From contig CDRNVI010000148.1 of assembly GCA_977017575.1 (NCBI GenBank), forward strand, positions 62,001-126,000: a stretch of DNA of 64,000 nucleotides. Direction: 5' to 3'. The position numbers were made by a program, and so were the translations under genes. Shown in pieces: positions 55,496 to 64,000 of the stretch. The notes below the pieces were generated by a model that did not search any database, was not told where the DNA came from, and saw only the letters and a list, made by a program, of their open reading frames with translations. Positions within the stretch are counted from its first letter, which is position 1. Each line of letters starts with the position of its first letter. Source of the DNA: Paramoeba atlantica (taxonomy: Eukaryota > Protista > Discosea).

Positions 55496-55966
55496 ATGAG
55501 TGATGGTGGTGAAGAGGAATGGAAGGCAAGAATTTTAGTTAACAAGAATTGGAGTTCCCTTGTGAGGGGGTTAAATGATTGTACATCGAAAGTGATCTTC
55601 TTAATCCAAGAAAAACTCTCTGAAGAAGAACTTGCTCTCCCTTTTGATGGAGCTCTTTATTTCCCTCGAACTGGTATTCGTACTTTTTCAACAGAGCAAC
55701 TCGATGAAGAAGTGGAAACATTTAAGAAATTTGTTCGTTTTGTTGGTGGAATTGAAGGAAAGTGTTTGGCAATTTGGGTTGATAAGAATGATCGGGGTAT
55801 GAAAGATACAATGTTTGAGAAACTTCGTTTGAAAGAAAGAAATTGTGAGTGGTGTTGGGATTATATCAATGATGGTGAGACGATCAAGGATGTCTACTAT
55901 CGAATCTGTAAATTTTTTGAAGAGAATATTCAACAACAATGTCAAATCAAACCAGCAAAAAGATGA
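55496..55966 (+). CDS. Array gene copy 4 (156 aa)
   Basis: Intact ORF with family motifs. Confidence 0.85.
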   Translation: MSDGGEEEWKARILVNKNWSSLVRGLNDCTSKVIFLIQEKLSEEELALPFDGALYFPRTGIRTFSTEQLDEEVETFKKFVRFVGGIEGKCLAIWVDKNDRGMKDTMFEKLRLKERNCEWCWDYINDGETIKDVYYRICKFFEENIQQQCQIKPAKR

Positions 55967-56192
55967 TTTGGATTGATCATCATTTTGAATGAGATTGATT
56001 TTGAACTAATTCACCACCTTGAATGCCTTTTCTCTTTGTTGTTTTGTGTTGAGAAAGGTTTTGAAATTTTTTGGGTGAAACGAAAGAGAAAGAGAAAGAG
56101 AAAGGAAAGAACAAACTTTTTGGATTTTGACTTCAAGAATTTTAGAGTGCTATTTTTTTCTGTTTTTTTCTCTCTTTTGATTTTGGGGAAGA

Positions 56193-56657
56193 ATGAGTGG
56201 CGAAGAAGAATGGAAAGCAAGAATTTTAGTGAATGAGAATTGGACTTCCCTTGCGAATGGGTTAAATGGATGTACTTCGAAAGTGGCCTTCTTAATTCAA
56301 CAAAAACTTTCTGAAGAAGAACTTGCTCTCCCTTTTGATGGAGCTCTTTATTTCCCTCCAGATGATCTTCGTTTTTTTCCAACAAAGAGACTTGATGAAG
56401 AAGTGGAAAAGTTTGAGAAATTAGTTTCTTTTGTTGGTGGAATTGAAGGAAAATGTTTGGCAATTTGGGCTGATAAGAATGATCGGGATATGAAAGATAC
56501 AATGGGAGAGAAACTTCGTTTGAAAGAAAGAAATTGTGAATGGTTTTGGGATTATATTGCTGATGGCGAGAAGATTGAGGATGTCTATCCTCGAATCTGT
56601 AAATTTTTTGAAGAGAATACTCAACAACAATGTCAAATCAAACCAGCAAAAAGGTGA
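56193..56657 (+). CDS. Array gene copy 5 (154 aa)
   Basis: Intact ORF with family motifs. Confidence 0.85.
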   Translation: MSGEEEWKARILVNENWTSLANGLNGCTSKVAFLIQQKLSEEELALPFDGALYFPPDDLRFFPTKRLDEEVEKFEKLVSFVGGIEGKCLAIWADKNDRDMKDTMGEKLRLKERNCEWFWDYIADGEKIEDVYPRICKFFEENTQQQCQIKPAKR

Positions 56658-56899
56658 TTTTTGTTGATCATCATTTTGAATGAGATTGATTTTGAACTGA
56701 TTCACCATTTTGAATGTCTTTTCTCTTTGTTGTTTTGTGTTGAGAAAAAGTTTTGCAATTCATTTTAAATTTTTTGTTGAAACGAAAGAGAAAGAGAAAG
56801 AAAAGAACAAACTTTTTGGGTTTTGACTTCAAGAATTTTAGAGTGCTATTTTTTTCTGTTTTTGTTTTCGTTTTCTCTCTCTTTTGGTTTTGGGGAAGG

Positions 56900-57367
56900 A
56901 TGAGTGATGGTGGTGAAGAGGAATGGAAAGCAAGAATTTTAGTGGACGAGAATCTGGATTACCTTGTGAAGAGGTTAAATGAAACTACATCGAAAGTGAT
57001 CTTCTTAATCCAAGAAAACCTTTCTGAAGAAGAACTTGCTCTCCCTTTTGATGGAGCTCTTTATTTGCCAAAGGATCTTCATTTTTTTTCAACAAAGAGA
57101 CTTGATGAAGAAGTGGAATCATTTGAGAAATTTGTTTCTTTTGTTGATGGACTTGAAGGAAAGTGTTTGGCAATTTGGGTTGATGCAGATGATTGGGATA
57201 TGAAAGATACAATGGTGGAGAAACTTCGTTTGAAAGAAAGAAATTGTGAGTGGTGTTGGGATTATCTTCATTTTAACGAGAGGAGTTATGCTGTCTACCT
57301 TCGAATCTGTAAATTTTTTGAAGAGAACACTCAACAACAATGTCAAATCAAACCAGCAAAAAGGTGA
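56900..57367 (+). CDS. Array gene copy 6 (155 aa)
   Basis: Intact ORF with family motifs. Confidence 0.85.
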   Translation: MSDGGEEEWKARILVDENLDYLVKRLNETTSKVIFLIQENLSEEELALPFDGALYLPKDLHFFSTKRLDEEVESFEKFVSFVDGLEGKCLAIWVDADDWDMKDTMVEKLRLKERNCEWCWDYLHFNERSYAVYLRICKFFEENTQQQCQIKPAKR

Positions 57368-57595
57368 TTTTTGTTGATCCTCATTTTGAATGAGATTCAC
57401 CATTTTGAATGTCTTTTCTCTTCGTTGTTTTGTGTTGAGAAAAAGTTTTGCAATTCATTTTCAAACTTTTTGTTGAAACGAAAGAGAAAGAGAAGGAAAA
57501 GAACAAACTTTTTGGATTTTGACTTCAAGATTTTTAGAGTGCTATTTTTTTCTGTTTTTGTTTTCGTTTTCTCTCTCTTTTGGTTTTGGGGAAGG

Positions 57596-58066
57596 ATGAG
57601 TGATGGTGGTGAAGAGGAATGGAAGGCAAGAATTTTAGTGAGCGAGAATATGGAGTACCTTGTGAGGAGGTTAAATGAAAGAACATCGAAACTGATCTTC
57701 TTAATCCAACAAAAACTTTCTGAAGAAGAACTTGCTCTCCCTTTTGATGGAGCTCTTTATTTCCCTCCGGATGCTCTTCGCACTCTTTCAACAGAGGATC
57801 TTGATGAAGAAGTGGAAGAATTTGAGAAATTTGTTTCTTTTGTTGGTGGAATTGAAGGAAAGTGTTTGGCAATTTGGGTTGATGTGAATGATCGGGAGAT
57901 GAAAGATACAATGGGAGAGAAACTTCGTTTGAAAGAAAGAAATTGTGAGTGGTTTTGGGATTATATTGGTGGTGATGAGAGTGATGAGGATGTCTATCCT
58001 CGAATCTGTAATTTTTTTGAAGAGAACACCCATCAATGTCAGATTAAACCAGCGAAGAGGATGTAA
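57596..58066 (+). CDS. Array gene copy 7 (156 aa; altered 3' end next to the GPCR insertion)
   Basis: Intact ORF ending KPAKRM-TAA; the normal spacer is replaced downstream. Confidence 0.85.
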   Translation: MSDGGEEEWKARILVSENMEYLVRRLNERTSKLIFLIQQKLSEEELALPFDGALYFPPDALRTLSTEDLDEEVEEFEKFVSFVGGIEGKCLAIWVDVNDREMKDTMGEKLRLKERNCEWFWDYIGGDESDEDVYPRICNFFEENTHQCQIKPAKRM

Positions 58067-58364
58067 TCGAAAATACTTGGGTCTTTTCCTTCCTCCCCCC
58101 AAGTGCAAACCTTCGGTGTTGGTTTGCAAAAATCTCTCTTGAAAGATTTGAATCCTTTTTTTTTTGCTTTTCTTTTCAAACAACAAAGAGACAAAAAATC
58201 AAGAATACTCAAAAAAAATTGTTGATTGAATTTCTCTTCAAAATTCAATGAAAACAAAAAACTCTTCCATCAAAAATAAATAAATTGATTTTCATTGTTT
58301 TCGGTTCTCCTGAAGGTGAGGGTGAATCAGATTATTGATTGATTCATGGAAAAATCAATCTGGT

Positions 58365-60032
58365 TTAGTGGCCATCAGAAGTAGAAGAAGAATCTCGATT
58401 GATAACTAATTCTTGGTAACTGTTCTTTGATGAAGTCAATACTTTCCTTGAAAAAATGAACTCTTTCCACCAAAGAGAGAAATAGGGATTGGTCCAAAAG
58501 AGAATCATACTCGCACATCCAGGGAACAATGATGTGATTAAAAAGAAAGTAATAAAGGAATATCCATGATCATACTTTCGTTCACATGGTGGCAGATTAG
58601 TTTGAGGGTGAGAAGCGACACAATCCATGAATTGAACGATGTTTCGATTTGAGAGTTTCTGCTCTGTTACAAGGTATAAAACGACAAGAAAGAGGAGCAT
58701 CACACCACAAATTAAAAAGAGGATTTGGTCGGCAGGTTGTTTGATAAACCGAACAAAAAATGTGGTATATGGTCTAAAAATGGGTAAGAAAAAAGGGAAG
58801 AAGGAGAAATAGAGAAACCCCCCAAACAAAATGAAAGTTTTTTAATATCCAACAACTAAAAAAAGGAAAAAATAATTGACGAGATTGAAAAAACCTTATT
58901 GTCTGGCAGAACAAGTTGAAGGAGACAAGAACCCAATGAGTAAATCCAAGATGGAGAAAGAAGACAAAAAGCGAAAACTGAATCGCAGATCGTGTTGAGA
59001 GTTGGAGGTGAGAAACTGATTTCCAATAATTCTTTTTCCCTTCACAAACAAAAGATTTTGGTCCACCTATTCTCAAAAAATCAAATCTCAATGAGAGAAT
59101 TTGTTTTCCAAGAAAATTACCAGAGAAAAAAGACAAACCGACAAAGGTTGACCATTGAAGACATAAAAATGCAAGAGCAAAACTCCCACCAGAAAGAAAA
59201 ACAACATTATTTGGATACCTTTTTAATGAAGAAAGATCAAAAAAAGAAAATAGAGTTAACTTTCTCCAAAAAAAAACAAAAACTGGGGGCAATCTTAAAT
59301 GAAACAACGATTCAAAAAATTGAGAAAATAGAGTTTTACCTTAAATCAGTCATCAGAGAAAGAGGAATCAATGAAACTACAATCGAGAATAAAGAAAACC
59401 ATGTGAACACAAAACTGATAATTCGAACCCAATTCTCCAAAGATTGTCCAAAAAGATATTGATAACATTCAACAACACATTCATCATTATCATCAAAAGT
59501 AAACGGATCTGGACAACATTCAATTCTCTCTTTTGATCCATTTAAACATGTTTCAACCCCAATTGGTGTTTCTTTCACTTTATCAATCTGTCTTTCAACT
59601 TCACTTTCACATCCATTTGTTGTTGGAGAGGGAGAGGGAGAAGGAGAGAGTGAAGGAGAGAGGGAACAATTGAGTTGAAAATCAACAGAACAAAGAGAAG
59701 AAACTTGAAGACAAGATTCTTGTTCCAAACAATGTTGTTCTTGAAAAGAAGAAGACTCACACGAAAATCCTCCAAACATCAATTGGCAATAATAAAACAA
59801 AAAAGGTCTTCGACAACTTTTGAACCATTCGAACGTTTGAAACGACCAAAGAAACATTCTGATTGAAGAAATCCTCTTGTTCGTTCTCTTCAATCGATAC
59901 ATTCCCAGTCAACACAACCGAACATTCATTTTCAAGAGAATAATGAAAACACCCTTTTACGTCATCACAAAAAGAACAAGGAAGAAGAACAAGAGCAATA
60001 AAGAACCAACAAAAGAGAAACCCCAGACGCAT
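58365..60032 (-). pseudogene. Frizzled/Smoothened-like (Fsl-type) GPCR gene, apparently damaged
   Basis: Signal peptide and Cys-rich domain (C..YSLENEC..; CRRPFLFYYCQLMF..C). TM1 followed by R/YPNNVVFLS (Frizzled RYP.R.IIFLS position), TM3 FFLHLGFTHWVLV, TM6-ECL3 FMDCV..C, TM7. There is a frame change near 59840-59880 and no sequence found for most of TM4-TM5. Confidence 0.7.
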
Positions 60033-60293
60033 CCACCACAAAACAACAAAACGAAAGAAAAAGAACAACCAAAAAAAACAAAGAGAAGTGAGTTCCCACT
60101 CCCCCAATAAAAATGAATGAAAAGGTTCGCACGACAAAATAATCTGTGATAAAACCTTTTATTTCTAAATAAGAAAAGAGAGAAAAAGCGGAAATCAAAC
60201 CTATTTTATCTAAATAAGAATCAAAAAAAAGTTGTTTTTCTTGCTTTTTCTGTTTTCGTTTTCGTTTTCTCTCTCTTTTGGTTTTGGGGAAGG

Positions 60294-60757
60294 ATGAGTG
60301 ATGGTGGTGAAGAGGAATGGAAGGCAAGAATTTTAGTGAGCATGACTTGCGGTGAGGAGGAGTCCTTGTGGAGTTAAATGAAAGTACATCGAAAGTGATC
60401 TTCTTCGACCAACAAAAACTTTCTGAAGAAGAACTTGCTCTCCCTTTTGATGGAGCTCTTTATTTCCCTCCAGATGGTCTTCGTTTTCTTTCAACAAAGA
60501 GACTTGATGAAGAAGTGGAAAAGTTTGAGAAATTTGTTTCTTTTGTTGGTGGAATTGAAGGAAAATGTTTGGCCTTTTGGGTTGATTCGGATGATTGGGG
60601 GATGAAAGATACAATGTTTGAGCAACTTCGTTTGAAAGAAAGAAATTGTGAGTGGTTTTGGGATTATCTTGATGATGAGGATGTCTATCCTCGAATCTGT
60701 AAATTTTTTGAAGAGAAGACCCAACAACAATGTCAAATCAAACCAGCAAAAAGGTGA
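60294..60757 (+). pseudogene. Array gene copy 8, frameshifted in the first variable block
   Basis: ILVSMTCGEEESLWS-TAA in the start frame; the rest (ELNESTSKVIF..KPAKR) is in another frame. Confidence 0.85.
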
Positions 60758-60982
60758 TTTTTGTTGATCATCATTTTGAATGAGATTGATTTTGAACTGA
60801 TTCACCATTTTGAATGTCTTTTCTCTTTGTTGTTTTGTGTTGAGAAAAAGTTTTGCAATTCATTTTCAAACTTGAAAGAAAGAAAGAAAGAAACACTCTT
60901 TTTGAATTTTGACTTCAAGAATTTTAGAGTGCTATTTTTTCTGTTTTCGTTTTCGTTTTCTCTCTTTTGGTTTTGGGGAAGA

Positions 60983-61450
60983 ATGAGTGATGGTGGTGAA
61001 GAGGAATGGAAAGCAAGAATTTTAGTGAGCATGACTTGGGGTGACGAAGTGAAGAACTTAAATGAAAGAACATCGAAAGTGATCTTCTTCGACGAACAAA
61101 AACTTTCTGAAGAAGAACTTGTTCTCCCTTTTGATGGAGTTCTTTATGTACCTGCAACTTATCTTTGGGATCTTTCAACAGAGGAACTCGATGAAGAAGC
61201 GGACAGATTTGAGAAACTTGGTTGTGTTGTTGGTGGACTTGAAGGAAAATGTTTGGCAATTTGGGTTGATTCGGATGATTGGGATTTGAAAGATACAATG
61301 GTAGAGAAACTTCGTTTGAAAGAAAGAAATTTTGAGTGGTGTTGGGATTATGTTGAAAGGGGCGAGAGAGAAAATCAACTCCACATTCGATTATGTCAAT
61401 TTTTTGAAGAGAATACTCAACAATGTCAAGTCAAACCAGCAAAGAGGTGA
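60983..61450 (+). CDS. Array gene copy 9 (155 aa)
   Basis: Intact ORF with family motifs. Confidence 0.85.
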   Translation: MSDGGEEEWKARILVSMTWGDEVKNLNERTSKVIFFDEQKLSEEELVLPFDGVLYVPATYLWDLSTEELDEEADRFEKLGCVVGGLEGKCLAIWVDSDDWDLKDTMVEKLRLKERNFEWCWDYVERGERENQLHIRLCQFFEENTQQCQVKPAKR

Positions 61451-61521
61451 TGATGAATTGAGGATCGTTTTTTGTTTGTTTTTGTTTTGTTTATTGAATT
61501 GTGTTGAGAATGAAACTTGGT

Positions 61522-61573
61522 GGCATTCTTTGGGTATTTGGGGTTTTCCATTATCATGGAATCCAACTCCATG
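61522..61573 (-). pseudogene. Second relic of the beta-trefoil gene 3' end in an array spacer
   Basis: CATTCTTTGG..TTTCCATTATCATGGAATCCAACTCCATG is nearly identical to 50174-50223. Confidence 0.7.
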
Positions 61574-61715
61574 TAAAAGCCTTTCAAATTCAAGGAGACC
61601 AAACCAAAATGAAATCACAACAAACTTTTTCTCAGTTGTAAAAATTGGCTTCGTGTCTTTTTGGCGCGTTTCAAATTTGGTTTTCAGTTTTTGGTTTTGG
61701 TTTTTGGTTGGGAAG

Positions 61716-62177
61716 ATGAGTGATGAAGAAGAACGGAAAGCAAGAATTCTTGTGAACATGAATTGGTACGCCTTAGTGGCCCGGTTAAATGAAAGTACAT
61801 CAAAATTGGTCTTCTTAATGGCACAAAAATTTTCTGAAGAAGAACTTGCTCTCCCTTTTGATGGAGTTCTTTATTTACCTCCAGCTGATCTTTGGGATTT
61901 TTCCACAACGAAAATTGAGGAAGAAGTGGAAAGATTTGAACAATTTATTCACTCTGTGGATGGAATTGAAGGAAAGTCTTTGGCCATTTGGGTTGATTCG
62001 GATGATTGGGCAATGAAAGATACATTGGTCGAGAAACTTCGTTTGGAAGAAAAAAATTGTGAGTGGTGTTGGGATTATGTTAGACGTGATGAGAAAGACA
62101 ATGCTATTCACCTTCGATTATGTAAATTTTTTGAAGAGAACACCCAACAATGTCAAATCAAACCAGCAAAGAGGTGA
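61716..62177 (+). CDS. Array gene copy 10 (153 aa, most divergent)
   Basis: Intact ORF with family motifs. Confidence 0.85.
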   Translation: MSDEEERKARILVNMNWYALVARLNESTSKLVFLMAQKFSEEELALPFDGVLYLPPADLWDFSTTKIEEEVERFEQFIHSVDGIEGKSLAIWVDSDDWAMKDTLVEKLRLEEKNCEWCWDYVRRDEKDNAIHLRLCKFFEENTQQCQIKPAKR

Positions 62178-62884
62178 TGATGAATGGTGATAAAACTTCT
62201 TTAAACTCGATTTTTACCCTTTTTACTCTTGAGAATGGACAGACAAAGACAAGGAATCATAAATGAATCCCAACAAAAATGAAAATAACAACGAACTTTT
62301 TCTAAGTTGTCAAATTGGCTTCGCGTCTTATAGGGGTGTTTCAAATCTGGTTTTCATTCTTCTCTCTCTTTTTTGGTTTTTGGTTTTTGGTTTTTGGTTT
62401 TTGGTTTTTGGTTTTGAAGATGAAGATGAAGATCGTTAAATCCATTCAAATGAAGAACTTTTCGATTATACGAAGCAGAATCGGAAACAAGAAAGTCGAG
62501 AGCAACAAACAGAATTCCTCCAATCAACTGATGAAGAAAATTGGCCAAAGGATCAAACCCATAATAATAGGGAAAACATGTACTCTCTACTGAATAGAGA
62601 AAGATGGAAAAGGTGTACAACCAATTCACCACTCCCATTTCAGAAAAAGAAGAAGGAAAACGAAAACAAAAACAAAACAATTTTGAGGCTAAAAATAGGG
62701 CGTTAAAAATTATTAAAGGTGAGTCAGAAAATTCATTTTTCTTATTTTTTTGGGGTTTTTCCCAGAATGAAAATGATGGAATTGGATGGACTATTGAGCT
62801 TCATACGGCGATTGATCTTCAAAAGACACTTCTCTTCTTTTGAAAAAAAAAACAAAAAAAGACAAAACCCCTCTCGTCTTCTTT

Positions 62885-64000
62885 TTATCTCCTCTGATTA
62901 TACACAACTCGGAGACAAACATATCCAGCAAAACGATAAAAGGCGGCCATTCCAATCAAAATAAACAAATTCTCCCAAATACCCAATGCATCAGAACCAA
63001 GGAGACAAGTGGCACCATCTGATTCTGAATCAGAACAAAAAATGTAATTTGTTCCATCACATACGTCTGGGCACTGTTGCAGAAATGAATTCAGTTTCAG
63101 AAATTAATTAATTCATTGAAAAAAAGAGAAAAGAAAAAAGGACAAACCGGAGGTTCCACATCATCACAAATACAATTTCCATCAAATTCATTTTGTAAAA
63201 GTGCAGTGAACGCATAATTAAATGGAGACAAATACCTTCAAAGGGAGTAAAAGATTAAATGGTTTGAAATGTAGAATTTTTTTTGGAGAATTAAAATCAG
63301 AGAAAAGAAGAGAAAAGAAGAGAAAAGAAGAGAAAAGAAGAGAAAAATCAAACTTGAGCCAAGTATAATAATCAGGAATGGTATCGGTATTGATGTAAAA
63401 TCCTCCAAATAACAAAAATATCACTGCAATAAACCATAAGATCAAGAGAAAAAAGAGACAACTCACAAAACCAACAAACCAAACAACAACAAAAAAAGAG
63501 ACACAAAATAATAAATAAGAATAATAATATAAACAAACCAGTAAAAAGAGAAGCAAGCAATTGAGCAATTTGGGGAGTGGCAGTCAAACAACCAAAAAAC
63601 ACAAAAATGGAAGACATTGTTGTAATAAACACAAAAATAATTAACAAAAATTTTAAAAAGTATTGAAATTCCGGTCTAAACCCTATTTTGAAAGAAAAAA
63701 AAAGGTGAATTGAGAGCAATTTTTTAAATAAAACAGACAAAAAATGATCGAATGAAATCAGAATCCCAAAAGAATTAAAATATTAATCATTAAAAAAAAA
63801 AAATAAATAATAAAAATAAATAATAAATAATAAAAATAAATAATAAAAATACAAATAAATAATAATAAAAAAAAAAAATGAAAAAAAAAAAAAAACTCAC
63901 AAACCAACAAACCAATAAGAAACCAAACAAAAGATAATAGGACTGACAAGAAGAGCAGGAACATCAGACATAGTTTTCGCAAAATAATAAGCGGAAACTC
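62885..64000 (-). CDS. ABCG (White-family) transporter, C-terminal transmembrane domain; 5' part outside window
   Basis: VSAYYFAKTMSDVP..SPIIFCLVSYWFVG, LFGGFYINTDTIPDYYTWLK, YAFTALLQNEF, IWENLFILIGMAAFYRFAGYVCLR-stop. Confidence 0.9.

Larger units (their letters stand above)
53040..62420 (+). repeat. Tandem gene array, period about 690-740 bp, 10 copies of one intronless gene family, interrupted at about 58070-60240 by a GPCR-like gene
   Basis: ATG positions 53336, 54075, 54786, 55496, 56193, 56900, 57596, 60294, 60983, 61716. Spacers are homologous to each other. Confidence 0.97.

Noticed and set aside
53522-62111. Recurrent antisense ORFs across the array (MYLSYP.., MTLLLSIL..)
   Set aside because: They are shadows of the conserved sense ORFs, with variable starts, stops and lengths between copies.
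53336-62177. Diversity-generating retroelement as the source of array variability
   Set aside because: No reverse transcriptase or template repeat is in the window, and the changes are not confined to adenines and include indels. Recombination plus selection explains the pattern more simply.
53040-62420. Array as CRISPR, transposon or satellite
   Set aside because: Each ~700-bp unit is an ORF with its own flanks. There are no short repeat-spacer units, TIRs, LTRs, TSDs or transposase/RT motifs.
1-64000. Hundreds of track ORFs rich in F/L/S or K/E/R
   Set aside because: They are translations of (CT)n/T-rich introns and their complements. They overlap real spliced genes and carry no domain signal.

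Overview
Intron-rich, AT-rich eukaryotic DNA read with the standard code. The gene content (several RasGEF/RasGAP domains, a formin, a Frizzled/Smoothened-like GPCR, TRIM-like RING-B-box proteins and a His-rich beta-trefoil) best fits an amoebozoan-type protist; this is inference. Most six-frame ORFs are artefacts of (CT)n/T-rich introns, so gene models were spliced by hand using GT-AG junctions and reading-frame continuity. In order, the window holds: a 5'-partial RasGEF; a GH20 beta-hexosaminidase whose introns carry two tRNA-Arg(ACG) genes and a possible antisense nested gene; two tandem RING-Bbox-Bbox-coiled-coil genes whose C-terminus resembles the USP4/11/15 catalytic-core insertion; three paralogous secreted Cys-module proteins, one with a trefoil domain; a Baeyer-Villiger monooxygenase fused to an HSL-type esterase; a type I membrane protein; cytochrome b5; two small myristoylated Cys/His proteins; a ZIP transporter; AAGAB/p34; a probable double-RasGEF gene; an intronless SAM-PB1-4xPAS (FixL-like) protein; a polytopic-membrane RasGAP; a formin; a hisactophilin/fascin-like beta-trefoil; a frameshifted TRIM-NHL; a ~700-bp-period tandem array of 10 intronless ~155-aa genes with four hypervariable blocks on a predicted flavodoxin-like fold, interrupted by a damaged Frizzled-like GPCR gene; and the 3' end of an ABCG transporter. 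No CRISPR, rRNA or recognisable transposase/RT was seen. All family assignments come from motif recognition without database searches.
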